64,000 nt of DNA from Azolla caroliniana (lineage: Eukaryota > Plantae > Polypodiophyta): NCBI GenBank assembly GCA_043228905.1, contig JBHGNT010000020.1:13020001-13084000 (forward strand). Reading direction: 5' to 3'. The position numbers and the translations under genes were made by a program. Below the pieces are notes generated by a model. That model was not told the origin of the DNA and did not search any database. It worked only from the letters and a program-made list of their open reading frames with translations. Below, piece after piece: positions 1-13,900 of this stretch; the stretch's first letter is position 1; every line of letters begins with the position of its first letter.

Positions 1-1802
1 ATCAACGATCTGTCTGACTGACACCAGGTTCTTCGTGATTGTTGAAACATGTAGTACGTTCATCAGCTTTCCCTTTTGACTGACATGACTCAAAGGGACT
101 TCTCTGACATGATCGATCGGGTGCTCCGGTTTTCCTAGATATGAGAACCACTCTTCGTGGCTCGTCGTATGGTTAGACGTTCTAGAGTCAACGTAGCACA
201 CTTCCTCTGATTTAGAAGTGGTCTTCTTCATCGAGTTCACCTTGTGCTTCATCGCAAAGGTTGACCCTTTTCTGGTCTTTCCAGTTCCAGATCCTTCTGA
301 TCCTTCTGCGTACTATGAGCTCTGACAATTTCCTTGTCTGGCCTTGCCGAATCCGTATTTATCCGAATTGGCCCGCTTCTTCCAGCACTCGCTTTCCTTG
401 TGACCTTTCTTGCCACAGTACCAACATTCCGTATCGGCCTTCGATTTCCAGTTTCTGGTGCCACCTTCACTCCCCCTCCTCATGGAGGTTCCAGAAGTGC
501 TATCGACACTATCTTTGTGCCTCCGATTTTGCTCTTGTCGGTCGTCATTATTGCGTGCCGACCCACCTCGTCTTGCACGCCCACGGGGCCAATCCGCATC
601 CGTGCACACCACCCGATTGTCTGATTGAGTGGTCCCTGAGCTACTCATGTGGTTTTCTTCGACCATTAGCATCGATTGCAAGTCGAAGAAGGACGGTGGT
701 TTCTCCCGGGTGTAAATCTCCATCCGGATAGGCCTATACTTTTGCGCTAAACCACTGAGGAGATCTGGACCATCTCATCTTCGTCCACAGTCATGTTGAT
801 GAACCCCGGCGCATCGTAGATCTCCTTTATTTTGGTGGTGTAGTCCGTAATTGTCATGCCCCTTTGCTAGATGTTGTTGAGCTCTTGTCGGAGCTACAAC
901 TTACGGGTTGTGATACTGGTGGAGAAAATCTTTTTCAGATTTTCCCAGGCTCCTTTGAATGACTTCGCATCATTGATGTAGCCAAGCATCTAATCGTGCA
1001 CACAGGATGCAAGGCAGTACAACACCCTGCTCGCTCCTTGTTCCCATGCCGGGAAGTCCTTGTATGCCGACTCCGGCGCTACTTCATTCGCTCCATCGAC
1101 ATAACTCCAGTACCCGTGTCCCAGAAGGTATTGGTCCATCTTGTATGACCAAGATGCATAGTTGTTCCTATCGAGTTTCTCACTCGGAAGCAAGCTTGCC
1201 ATCCCTCTGTCCATTTCTTTTCTTTTAGGTCTGTTCTTACCGGAAGTTATGTTTCCTCTAGTCTTCTCAGGCTTCATGTCGGCAGCAGAGGATTTTCAAC
1301 CCTCACACTCTAATACCATGTAAAGATTTCCTGCGGAAGCTTTCACACATAACCGACTTCATCGATTACCAATACAGAAATGTTGCAGGTTTAATGGAAG
1401 CTTTACACAATACACACAGATAGAGTACACGGGAGAGACTGAGAGAGCAGAATAGTAAAAACTCAAATTCAAAAATAATCAAAGACTCTATACATACAAT
1501 GTGCTCAGTGAGCACTTTTATACAAGTCCATAAAGGACTAATAGAAGTACTGACAAGTACTTCAATCCTCCAACAAAGCATCAGACACTAACTCCCAAAA
1601 ATATGCCTACGTACTAGGCTAGAGTCATAGGTCTCCAACAGCCTACCGGTTATAATCCAATCCAGGTTACGATCTGGCTCTCCGATCCGGCTCTTGGTTC
1701 CAGATACTGATCCGGACACCGATCCATATCTTCGTTCCAAACTCTGATCTAGCTCTAGCTTATACAATCGATCTGTATCCAGTTGAGCTTGTCCGCTCAA
1801 CA
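1..1802 (-). mobile_element. Ty1/copia LTR retrotransposon, 5' part (5' LTR, PBS, gag, start of protease); runs off the window start; decayed
   Basis: Minus-strand gag pieces (LPSEKLDRNNYASWSYKM; CWYCGKKGHKESEC zinc knuckle) and a CYVDSRTSNH protease-like motif near 170-200. PBS TGGTATTAGAG (tRNA-iMet type) at 1308-1318 abuts the LTR. Stops and frameshifts present. Confidence 0.92.
1319..1802 (-). repeat. 5' LTR of the copia element (~484 bp)
   Basis: Reads TGTTGAG...TTTACA on the minus strand and is directly followed by the PBS. The LINE endonuclease frame is cut at 1802/1803. Confidence 0.8.
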
Positions 1803-4400
1803 CTATTAGTAGGTCTTTCAATCATCTTCAAATCACCACACATACACCAACGTTGGGCCATTGGAAGATCTTGCAATAACATATTCCACAAATGAAATCT
1901 TCTAGTTGTAGAATTCAAAGCATAGACATTTAAAAAAACCAATCAACTTTCCATAAATAAGAATAAGCATATATTGAACTCTACCACCATGCAAGACTCC
2001 TTTGGCCTACATATGAGACTACCATTGCATTCTAAGTGCAATACAAAGACTGCCTTGAGTACCAGAGGGTTCAAAAGTCGAGACCCATTCATAAATCCAA
2101 CTACCACGTAGTAAATTTCGAATTGATGCCATCCTTCGCGAATTAAGATGGCGTTCTTGAAAACATAACATATCAAGTCTACCTATAGAAGATAAAGATA
2201 GTTCTTGATTCGAGTAACATTTTACTCTATTACAATGATGCACACCTAATCCTTAAAAGTTCCAAGATAAAATGTTATGTTAATCCATATCAAGACTGAG
2301 AGGGAGAAGACCTCTTATCAGTCAAAAATCCTTACATCTCTCCTTTTGAGAAGATGTTACTACTCTTGTTATTCTTTTTTCCGTACGAGAAGCTTTATAT
2401 AAAACAAGATGGTCTTTATGCACGTTATTTTTGTTATTCCCAAGCGATGTCGGGGAAAATTCTTGTATTTTCGTGAAATGATGCGGGACCGTCGGGGTCC
2501 TAGACTGGAAGGTCTCAATGTTTTTACTAGTGTAAGCGAGAAAGTATGTAAGATAGAGAGAGAACAAACATAAGAACAAAGACCTTCACTTTTTATATTT
2601 TTCTTCCAAGAAAGCTCCCCGCATGCACAAGCCCTAGTAGGGTTTTCATAGGTCTCTCCACGCACAAAACTATGGGCTTGGAACCATGGTTTTTGAGCAC
2701 ACGGTTTGACATGCACAAAACCATGGGCTTGGAACCTTGGTTTGTGTATGGTTGTTTCCTATGCAATTCTGAATATGAAAAAGGAATACATAAAACCGAA
2801 AGCACTCAATAGTAGCTCTAATGATAAGTCAATTCTCTCCTATCTTGGAGGTGTAAGTTTCAAATCTTGCTTGCACCACTCTATATGCAGTCAATGCCAC
2901 TAGGCCCTAGGCTTATTTATTTATTTTCATATTTAGAAGTGTTTGTGTATTGTGTGTGGAACCTCACTTTTTCTATACTATCCTTCATAGAGGTAAAAAC
3001 ATAAGGTGATTGCCCAACATCCATCTGCAAAACAGCAAAATATGATCGAGTATCTACCTTTGGACCATTATGTTCAAAAGAGGTTATCATTTTCTAAATT
3101 GACGTTTTAACTTTTGTCTGAACTTGTTTTCACACTAGGTCAATGATTGGAACAATTTCCAAAGAGGAAGCGAAAACTAGCATTCCTACATGTTTCTGCA
3201 AAGTGTCCATACTACATTCATGCAATGCAAAGTGAGGGGGAATGACTCCCAAATGTCTCAAATAATCTCCCTAGATGGAGCAGAAACCGATATTCCTATA
3301 TCTTGCCACAAAGCGCCCATACTACTTTATTGCAATGCAAATTGAGGGGGATTGGAGCAAAGCATGTAAACACTTTTCCCCTTCCACACATTATCCGAAG
3401 ATATATTGAAAACCTTCTTTGGCTGAATTTCGTGAGGCAACAAACTATTGACAACACTATTACTTTGATTATTCACTGCAGCAATACTCTTGACATGGGC
3501 AGTCTTTTGCCAAATGGCCGATTTTTTAACAAGAAAAGCATTGGTTGGGTAAACCAAAATAAAGAACTTTCTGAATTTTCTAAAGTTACATATTACCTTA
3601 CAACTTCGGAAGACGAATCCAATTAGGTAAAACTGCATCCTTTTGATAGAGTAGCTTAACAAATGGAGCTCCTCCTTTTTCGACAATGTCGGACCTGAAT
3701 GTAGATGAGTTAACATGCAGAACTCTTCCAATTGTTGCCCCAATTTTGGAAAGAACCTCCCTCCATTCCTTATCTAGGCTTGGGAAAACAGTAGTACATG
3801 TAAAGTAGCATGTTGCATCAGCTTGTAGAACTATCGTATCAAAGTCATGGGTCAATGGGAAAAAAAGAACCTATGCACCTGAGATGTCTATCGAGTGAAT
3901 GGCAAGGAGATTACGAACAAAAAAATGTTCTGCAAACTCCAATTCATAGCAACCTCGGCCCACCATATGTATATCAATAATTTTATCGAGTTTCTCTTGT
4001 AACGTTGGCTGAAGAAGATGACAAAGATCCCCTCTACTCGGTCATTTGTCCAAGACCTAGGCAACAATGAAGCATTGCTACAACCCCACTTAACCTCATT
4101 GAGAACAACGAGCTCATCCTCTGGCACTGAACATTGGTAGTACCATCAATCGTTGGAGAAGCAGGAGTCGCTTCATTGGATCACTCCCTTGGTGTTGACA
4201 ACGATGGTGTAAGCATAAATCTCTTCTCGTCATCTATATGTAATTTCCCCTATTTCATGATTAAGTCTTTCTCTTGCTCTTTCTCATTCTCTTTTTCCCC
4301 TTCGACTTCCTTCTCCTTCCTCCTCCCCAACACCACCACCATTAAGTCTTCTACTTCTACTTCTTTGCTTTAGTTGTGACGGATAAATTTACAATTTTGA
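1803..4400 (-). mobile_element. Decayed L1-type LINE, 5' part (ORF1 with zinc knuckles, ORF2 AP endonuclease), interrupted by copia
   Basis: APE motifs NILSWN (~2265) and FLNVYA...WCMCGD (1760-1942). ORF1-like pieces 3327-4127 and two degenerate CX2CX4HX4C knuckles at ~3190-3360. 5' boundary approximate. Confidence 0.72.
2448..3135. mobile_element. Diverged relative of the 21644-23027 element, inserted in the LINE
   Basis: Starts TGTCGGGGAAAAT. 2500-2570 aligns with 21700-21770 (ggaagg.ctc...agcgagaaagtat.taagataga) and it carries the same tRNA-like cassette (2813-2867). Right end and TSD not resolved. Confidence 0.5.
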
Positions 4401-5403
4401 AAGAAATCAAACCTGTTGGAACAAATTTGTTGACCACGGGCACATATCTATAGTTGTTGTGGAGTGGCAGAATGAATTTGTCTCCCAATGTTTTCTTTCT
4501 TTCTTATCCTGTGTAGTTAGTGAAGCTGATTTAATATTTGATGGTAGGCATGGAGTAAAAGCATATCTATGAAGTTCAAGGGAAGTATACTAATGTGGTA
4601 ATTTTCTTTATTGGAGCAACTAGAAATTCTTTCCTCAGTGGAATGTTCATCTTGCCTATTGGCAAGCCAACATGTTCCACTACCCATGTAGTTAGTGAGT
4701 GACCATACTCTATTGTGACATGTTAGAAATATTAAGAATCGATTAGATAGACATACAGAGTTACAATCACAAAGATGGATATATGAAAACAAACTTTCTA
4801 TTACTTATGAGAGTAGCTCACAATGGTAGTTCACCCATGCACTCATACCTTAGAGCTTAGATGGGATCTGGACCAACTTAATACAAAATTAGTAGGGACC
4901 TAAAATGGTAACAACCACTATGTAAGAGTGTGGATTATATTCTCTGTTTGGTCTTAGTATAACATTAGATGTACAAGTCAGTTGATAGTAGTGGAGATAT
5001 TCCTTTTCTATCAACTGACTTGTCATTTAATATGACCCAGCTCCCTAGATACATCTAGCACTAGATAGTACTTATCTTAAATTCAATGGCACATACTTCA
5101 AGACTAAGTACATTGTAACTTGCCCACAAAATATTCTTCTAGTTGACTTGATTAGCCAATCCTATTAGCCTACTTCGCTCTTTCCTAAATACATTATGTC
5201 CTACTCATGTACGGTTTCCTAGATTGACACCTTATTGACCCATACAGTCGAGTTGCACAATAGCTACTCCTCATTTGGGGCATTATCACAAAATGTGCAC
5301 TCTAAGAGTACATATAGGGATAAATTAACAACTTGGGGTTGATCATTGATTATATCTAGCATGACACCCATTGTAATTGGTGTTTTCACACATGTTTATT
5401 AAT

Positions 5404-5919
5404 TGTCAGGAACAATACTAAGACTGAGAAGTATTGTCAGGAACAATACTAAGACTAAGAAGGAATTAGTACTCAAAGATGAGGATTAGTACTAAGGGAA
5501 GTGTAGAACTCTCGAGAGAAGGAAAGATAATAACAAAAAGATATATACTAAGGGAAGTGTAGAACTCTCGAGTGAGTGAGTGAGTGAGTGAGTGAGAGAG
5601 AGAGAGAGAGAGAGAGAGAATGATGATAACAAAAGATATATATTATGTTAAGAGAATATACAATAGTAGTTAGGAGGCTTAAGACTGGCATTGAACCAAT
5701 TTGGTTCGAAATAATGCCTTGTGCCTCCTTTTATAGTGTTCTCAGGAGTATTCCTAAAGTTTCTAGAATGTTCCAGTGAAATCTGGAATATACATCTATT
5801 TTCTATAGTAAAACTTAAATGAAAATAATATCTTTCGTATTACAATATATAGTCTAATGGTCAAGAGCTCGACCCATGTAACATAAGGTCATGGGTTCGA
5901 ATCTTGCCATATCATGACA
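5404..5919 (-). mobile_element. Solo LTR related to the chromovirus LTRs at 14945 and 20228
   Basis: TG...CA ends; reverse-complement homology to those LTRs; 5-bp TSD TTAAT (5399-5403 and 5920-5924). Confidence 0.92.
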
Positions 5920-5936
5920 TTAATATAATTGTGTGT

Positions 5937-7603
5937 GATAGATAGGTTATATTATCGTCTTCGGAGGTCAAATATGACCTATCAAACCAAAAAAAATTAC
6001 ATTTCACATGATACGTGTGAAAGTGAGTAGTGGCTCCCGATGTTCAAGAACTTTACCAATGAATGTCTCAATCGAGAGTGCACATTGTGGTTATGAGAGA
6101 AATTCGTGCAAGGATTGGGCTTGGTTGAACATGTGTGGAGCGCATGGTCGAATATGATCAAGGACTCTCGAACTTGTTTAGGGCAAAGTGTGCATAGTCG
6201 ACCACTCTCATCATTTGTGCCCGAACGCCCCATCTCACATCGCAATGCATGTGAGCTAAGTCGCATGGAAGCAATGGTTCAAATAGAAGCCAACAGAATG
6301 GGCTCTAACATGTATCGATGTGTATAGTTTCCCCGTTCCGCGAAGAATATGGTTTTGTAGTTAGGTGCAACATGTGTAGTATAATGTGTGACGCGTGAGC
6401 CTCCACATTTTTCCCATGCCATGATGTATAGGAGGCCTCATTTATAGAGGAATCTAGTGATGCATCATGAAACAAATGTGTTGCATCCCATCTACTAAAC
6501 TACTTTTTCATATCTTGCATCCAACCAGAACACAAAATTGTGCTTTTATGCGACTTTTGCATCTTTTTGCTTGCTTCCCATGCTATTCTAGGAAGTCGAT
6601 GTGAATGACTTTTTTGAACCTTAAGCTTGTATTCAATAACCCTTTCCATGGACAATATCTCAATGGGAAGTGATCCTGTCTTAAGGAGAAAGAGGATGTA
6701 TGGCATTTGTTTCTTAACTTGTAGAAACATTGTAAGAAAATGTTTTTGGACATTTTCAAACTTTTTCCATGTAGATTTAGGGATGATACTACCCCATAGA
6801 GAAGCATCAATGTCACCAAAGTGTCGAAAAGGTATTTCTTGAGGACCCAACACTTAATATCTCCACGATTGCATGTCTTCTCAAATGCATAATATGCTCA
6901 TTTTCCCGTCTCTAAGCGGCGCGTAGCACATTCATTCCATCTATGATTTGAAGGAACTTCAAGGCCAAGATATGTGAAGCTTTCCACACATTCAAGTTGC
7001 TCATATATTGTACATAATGCATGACTTATCTCCTTTTTGGCTCTTCACAAGCATAATCTTTGTTTTAGAGCTATTAACACTTAATTTTGTATGCATGCAA
7101 AAAATTTCCAATGCCTTCATAAGCTTTTGTGCATCTCCTAAAGTATTTGCAAAAAACACTACATCATTCGCATATAGCAAAAGCATAATGACAACATTCC
7201 CAATTACAACTTCTTCAACACCTTTCTTTACAAACTTGGCAACCATTTCTTCAAATTCATCAATGCATAGACCAAATAGAGTTGGTGAGAGTGGGCATCC
7301 TTGCTTCACACCAATAGTGCTATCGAAAATTTTTGAAAGTTTATCACTCATATGCACACAACACATAACATTCTCATATATTCGGGAGAATGCAAGCATA
7401 TATTCACTTGGCACCTTCAGTTCTTCCATTCGTCTCAAAAGATGCTCACGACGCACCATATTAAAAGCTTTCTTAAAGTCTACGAAGCACCAATATAAAC
7501 ATTTACCTCCAAGGTGATTGTCCTCCATTAATACTTGAAGGGTGACAAGGTGATCAGTGGCGCTATGGTGTTTTCGAAAGTTAGTTTGTCCATAAGCTCT
7601 CTT
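5937..7603 (-). mobile_element. 5'-truncated RTE-group (RTEX-like) LINE, copy A
   Basis: RT motifs FVDFKKAF, KQGCPLSPTLF, LLYANDVV; C-terminal RLSSHALRCEMGR..CTLC zinc-finger region; (TATC)n tail at ~5937. Confidence 0.85.
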
Positions 7604-9166
7604 ATAGATAGATAGATAGATAGATTATATTATCGTCTTCAGATGTCAAATATGACCTGTGAGACCAAAAATATTACGTTTCACGTGATACGTGTGAAAG
7701 TGAGTAGTGACTCTCGATGTTCAAGAACTTTACCAATGAATATTGCAATCGAGAGTGCACATTGTGGTTGTGAGAAGAGTTCATGCAAGGATTGGGCTCG
7801 GTTGAAGAGATGTGGAAAGCATGGTCGAATATGATCAAAGGCAGAGCATTGTATCAAAGTGTGATACTCAGACTCACGAACTTGTTTAGGTCAAAGGGTG
7901 CATAGCCGACCACTCTCATCACTTGTGCCCCAACGCCCTGTCTCACATCGCAATGCATGTGAGCTAAGTCGCATGGAAGCAATGGTTCAAATGGCAGATA
8001 ACAGTATGGGCTCTAACATGTATCGATGTGTACGATTTCCCCATTCCGCAAAGAATATGGTTTTGTAGTTAGGTGCAACATGTGTAGTATAATGTGTAAA
8101 GCGTGAGCCTCCACATTTGTCCCATGTCATGATACATTGGCATTGCAAAAAGACCTCATTTACAGAGGAATCTAATGATGCATCATGAAGCAAGCGTCTC
8201 GCATCCCATCTACCAAAGCATTTTTCTTCTTTTGGATCTTTTTGCTTGCTTCCCAAGAAATTCTAGGAAGTCGATGTGAGGGACTTTTTTGAATCTTAAG
8301 CATGTATTCAACCCTTTCCATGGCCATGATCTCAATGGGAAGTGATCTCGTCTCAAGGAGCAGGAGGGTGTAGAGCGTTTGTTTCTTAACTTGTAGAAAC
8401 TTTGTAAGAAAATGTTTTTGGACATTTTCAAACTCTTTCCACATAGATTTAGGGATGCAACCACCCCATACTTCCACCCCATAGAGAAGAACCAGTGTCA
8501 CCAAAGTGTCAAAAAGATATTTCTTGAGGACCCAACACTTAATATCTCCAAGATTGCATGTGTTCTCAAATGCATAGTATGTTCACGTACCCACCTCTAA
8601 GCGGTGTGTAGCACATTCATTCCATCTATGATTTGAAGGAACTTCAAGGCCAATATATTTGAAGCTTTCCACACATTCAAGTGGGTCATTGTTGTACATA
8701 ATGCATGGTTTATCTCTTTTTTGGCTCTTCACAAGCATAATCTTTGTTTTAGAGCTATTGACACTTAATTTAGTATGCATGCAAAAAGTTTCCAATGCCT
8801 TCATAAGCTTTTGTGCATCTCCTAAAGTATTTGCAAAAGGCACTACATCATCTGCTTATAGCAAAAGCATAATCACAACATTCCCAATGGCAACTTCTTC
8901 AACACATTCTTTCTTTGCAAACTTGGTAACCATTTCTTCCAATTCATCAATGCATAGACCAAATAGTGTTGGTGAGAGTGGGCATCCTTGCTTAACACCA
9001 ATAGTGCTTTTGAAAAAATCTGAAAGTTTATCTCTCATGCGCACACAACATATAACCTTCTCATAAATTCGGGAAATTGCAAGCATATCTTCACTTGGCA
9101 CCTCAAGTTCTTCCATTCGCCTCCAAAGATGCTCACAAGGTACCATATCGAAAGCTTTCTTGCGCA
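7604..9166 (-). mobile_element. 5'-truncated RTE-group (RTEX-like) LINE, copy B, head-to-tail with copy A
   Basis: Same RT and C-terminal motifs, closely similar to copy A; (GATA)n tail at 7604-7625; 5' end next to (GA)n at ~9168. Confidence 0.85.
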
Positions 9167-10064
9167 CAAGAGAGAGAGAGATCGGGTACGTAATTTGTAC
9201 ATAGTAGTGTGAACAATTAAGTCATCATCTCCATTTGTGTAAAAGTATTATCTCATTACTTATTTGAGTAAGGTTGATTCCTATTTCCCCCACAAGGCTA
9301 ACATGACTCATACATTAGAATGTTGCACTTCCAATGATCACTTATAATAGAATCTCCAAACACCCTCCTCACAATGAGGTAGGTGAGGGATGGGGAGTGT
9401 TACTCCCCAATGGAAATGACCACGCCATATTTCAACATATAAAAGCGACCTCTCCAATCAATGTAATCATGGAAGGCTTGACGGTTTTTTAAGTTTAAGT
9501 AATGCTAATACACACCTAATCACTACATTAATTAAAAATTATGTTTTTACTCATTAAATATATATATTTACTATTTAAGAAATATATGAATTATATCAAA
9601 TAAGTAGATACTTATTAAGTAAAATACATATACATCTTAATTAATAAGAATTGAAAAGTTAAATGGAAGAAAGTGGCTTTTAGTGGATGTAGAGATGAGA
9701 GAATGGGGACCTAAAAGTAGTCCCAATGTTAGGGCACCCAAAGGCCCCTTTTACATGAGAGTTATCGCCCTAAATGAGTCCTTTCACATTACAAACCCAT
9801 TAGCATTAGCCATTAAGCATAGTCATCTAATAAAGGGGGGTTCTCCACAAATTATCACATGAGCTTATTTCTCGTATAAACAAATGGATATTATAACATT
9901 TTTTTTTTTATTTTTTTTTTTTCCAAAAAAAACTCCTTCCATTAGGTATAAAATTTTACAAATGAGACGATTATGTACAAATCCCTAAAGGGACGCGATA
10001 GTTCGGAGATATTGCATCTCAAACGGATATCAAAACAAATAACTATAACATTATTTCCATTAAC

Positions 10065-10922
10065 AAAGGTGTTATGGGAAAGATCGCACATTTATGGACT
10101 TGAAGACATGCAAAGTATGCAATGAAGGCATGGTAGAGGATGAATGTCACTTGCTCTTCACATGCTCGACATATAGTGCAATTCGTTCAAGATATGTTGA
10201 CATACTAAGAGGGAGTGATAACTTAAGTGCCATACTTAAGACACCACCAAGAAGGTGGATGTTACGGGCATGACCATATAATATCCCGTGGTGAGAATTG
10301 TCGTAGTATTCTATACACGTGGATAAGTGTGAGGGTTAAACAAAGAGTCTAAAGAAGGGGAGGATTACTTTTAATCCTCGGGATTGAGACAACCCATGAG
10401 GCCAAGTGTGAACATGGCTGGGGGCCTTGAGAATTACTATAAATAAGAGGCCTAGCTACCCTCATTTAGGGCATGCATTGACTACGTCGAGACTCTGTCC
10501 GTGAGTGGAACGACTCTTGTAGCAAGCGCGCTATCGTCCAGGTACGACTCGACGCCAAGGCGGTGGTATGGGACGCCGATCGAGGCTCGAGTCCGTCTCG
10601 ATCCCTTCGCTCGGGGGTGGTCGGGTGGATCGGCACCCTTCTTTCTCTCTTTTCTCTCTATTCTTTCTAGATCTATCATTGATTTATCCTTATTTTATGC
10701 TTACTTTAGTACCTAATCTCTAATAGTGGAGCTCATATGTGTATGCTTTATTCACACATAGAGCCTTTGTGCTTCAATGTATGAATACCCCTTCTTAGAA
10801 AGGAGACACATATCAAGAACACGTGTATACTCTGGTCCCATAGGTCAAAATTGGACAATTATATTAATAAATGTGAGTAAAAAACACTACTTAAAATAGG
10901 TGTGACAATGGAGTATGGTCAC
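10065..10922 (+). mobile_element. Short 3' fragment of an RTEX-like LINE inserted in the L1 3' end
   Basis: CKVC...EDECHLLFTCSTY motif, homologous to 30890-31100; flanked by direct repeat CCATTAAC (10057-10064 and 10923-10930), a possible TSD. Confidence 0.7.
10260..10725 (+). mobile_element. Solo LTR (~466 bp), same family as 49295-49751
   Basis: TGTTACGGG...CTCTAATA; internal TATAAATA at ~10438; 5-bp TSD GTGGA (10255-10259 and 10726-10730); RTEX sequence rejoins across it. Confidence 0.85.
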
Positions 10923-13900
10923 CCATTAACTACACTAGACGGGTAGTGGAACATGTTGAATTGCCAATAGGCAAGACGAACACTCCACCGAGGAAAGAAT
11001 TTCCACTTGCTCCAATAAAGAAAATGCAACATTAGTACTCCCTTCAATTTTCGTAGATATGCTTTCACTCCATGTCTACCGTCGAATACAAAAGCGTTGT
11101 GCATATTCCAATTATGACGCAATCCCCAATATCTCAAAAATAGAAAAACGATCTCCATCTCTAATTTTGGGTCCACCTATGTAAATTGTGCAAACACCCA
11201 CTATCTAGGTGTCAAATAACATCGTGATAAAACTTCCCAAATTTGAGAAATATAACTCCAAATCTGACAAGCAATCGGACATTGTATAAATCGATGAGTA
11301 CTATCTTCCATTTGAACAATGCAAAAGAAACAATTACCCGTTGCTAATCCACGACACTTTAGAGCTAATCCCAAAGGCAATCCTCCAATCAAAACTCTCC
11401 AAATGAAGACCTTTGCCACAAGTGGCAATTTAGAATGCCAACTACATTGTAAGATCTACCACCACCCATTATCAGATTTGTGTAATCTCCATTTTTCTTC
11501 AGCCTTAGATGATAACCATCCAAAAGACTCAACAAAGCAATGATACAAAAGATTAGTAGTCACTTGTAACAATGACGTTTGCCCCTTAGACATCAACCAA
11601 GCCACAATTGTTCTCCTGTTTGTAGAGGTAAGGGACCTTGCATCAATGCAATATTTTGTAGTTGTTGCCGGATAAACCCATAATTATGCGAAATGCGTAA
11701 TAATTGTCACGCTTCAGCAAACTCCAAAATTCTTTGAGATGGATCCTCAAGTATATCTCCCACCTCTTTGACCACAAAATGGAACAAATGATTAAATTGA
11801 GAGCGCAGTCTCTCCTTTCCTGGCCAACATAATAACTGAGAAGACACAAGCAACTCTTTTTGCAAAGAATTACAATGCTCTCTACTAGATGATGGTTTCC
11901 ATACACATAACAAGAGTGCTTCTTGCCATGAGGTAACCAAGTGTTGAACACATGTAGAGCCCAAAATCCTAAGTGAAATACATCCATTCAATAATTACCA
12001 CCATGAAGCCTTAATCGTTGTCCTCCCATGTGTTAAACCCTTGTTCTCAATGAAATATTGAACAATAGATATCCATGGTTGTGATTTTGAACACATATCT
12101 TGTAATAATGAAAATCTACGAGCCATCATATGCTTAGATAAGTTCAATATTCCATCTCCCCCCAAGCGCTTAGTGATTCCCATATTATCCCTCTTCTTCC
12201 ACAACAAATATCAAAGAGGTTGCAAAATAGAATGCAAAGCCTTCTTTGTCCATGGCAACAATGGCAAGTAATATACTATCATGGGTTCCATAATACATTG
12301 TACAACCTTCAAGTGTACATGAAATGGCCAAGCTTGTGACTTCCAATACTTGAGCTTATCCTCAACTTACTAGACATCCATTCAATCAATTGACCATTTG
12401 TAACATTCACTCCTAATGGATAGCCTAAGTGTCGAAAAATAGAGCCTTTCTTCACCACGGATCCTTGTCATCCTAAACATTCCAAATCCCTTTCAGTACA
12501 TGATATGAGACTAGACGTCCTACATTAATACGTAATCCAGAAGCCAATGCAAATTGGTTCCATAGAAGCATCCCCTTCTCAAGATTCTCTCGTGAGGCTT
12601 GTAGAAACATGAAAGAATCATCAGTCAAAGCTTGTGCTACTAGTTGCCCTCCAGACAGAAGGTGTAGACCCACAATATCACCATTTGTTGCAAGCTTGGA
12701 TAGCATCACTAAAAAGGGATGAGTAACAATAGCAAACAACAATGGACTAATGGGGCATCCTTGACGAACGGATCTTGTGAGGATAATATATAATGTAACT
12801 CCCTCATTAAGCATTACTCAAGACACTACATCTTGTCCTAATAAAAATATGAGGTGAGACATACGACGTCCAAAGCCCATTGTATGCATTAACCCAGAAA
12901 CAAAGGACCAATTAACATGATCATAAGTTTTCTCCAAATCTAATTGCACCATAATCAATTCTTGATGAGTGTTTCGAGCATAATCCATGGCCATTTGAAC
13001 ATTCAACACACTATGCAATATATTCCTACCTGCAACAAAACCATATTGGGCGGGATGTATCAACTTTGGCAAATACTTTTGTAATCTATTTGCCAAGACC
13101 TTTGTAAATATCTTATACAACCCCCCCATCAAAGAAATAGGTCTCCATTGATTAAATGACTCTGGAGATGCCACGTTTGGAATTAATTTAATTAGACCAA
13201 CCTTCCAAGCTTGAGGCATACGACGAGAATCCCAAGAATGTTGAAATATCAAAGTTAAGTGCCCCTTTAAAATGTTCGAATAAAAACTTCATTTGCCAAG
13301 CCATCCCAATCGGGGCTCTTACCACTAGGAAGATGCTTTAAAACTTTGTCCACCTCATCCTTAATGAAATCCGCATCCAATTCATGACTAATGAGGTCAT
13401 GCAAATACATCCAATCACATCATAAAACTCATGACGTGCTCTACTCACCTCATTTGTCATTAACAATTGTGGGCCAATCAACTCCTTAAAGTAATGAACA
13501 CATATGTCAATTATTGTCTTAGGATCCACTATCCATTCATCCCCTTGCTTCACATGTACCACATTAGATCGAGTATAAGTAGGATGTAATGCTTGGAAAA
13601 ACAAATCAGATTGACATTGATGATCTATGAGCCCATCCCTCAATTGTCACATCTCTGCATAACGATAACTTTGGCATTGCAACTGAGAAATAATACATGC
13701 AATTGGCTTTGGATATCCAAAAGCTCCTCATCTAATGGTGCATGTATCAATAATGCATTACACCTGGAGAGAACTTGTGAGAATTGTTGAAGAAGACCTC
13801 TTCTTCGTTGAGCATTAGTTACTCCATACATACGATGAATGATCTTAATGTTTTGTAATGTGATATCTCATGCTTTAACCCCTTTAAGATTCATTTCTTG

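Noticed and set aside
4813-4875. Another tRNA-like cassette (TAGCTCACAATGGTAG..CTCATACCTTAGAG)
   Set aside because: A-box-like part only; no recognisable B-box or host element.
5843-5919. Functional tRNA gene
   Set aside because: A/B boxes are present but acceptor and anticodon stems do not pair convincingly, and it is part of an LTR; reported as a tRNA-like cassette instead.
7008-9066. Plus-strand ORFs of 169 and 135 aa
   Set aside because: Antisense shadows of the RTEX reverse transcriptase frames; the same applies to most short ORFs overlapping TEs.
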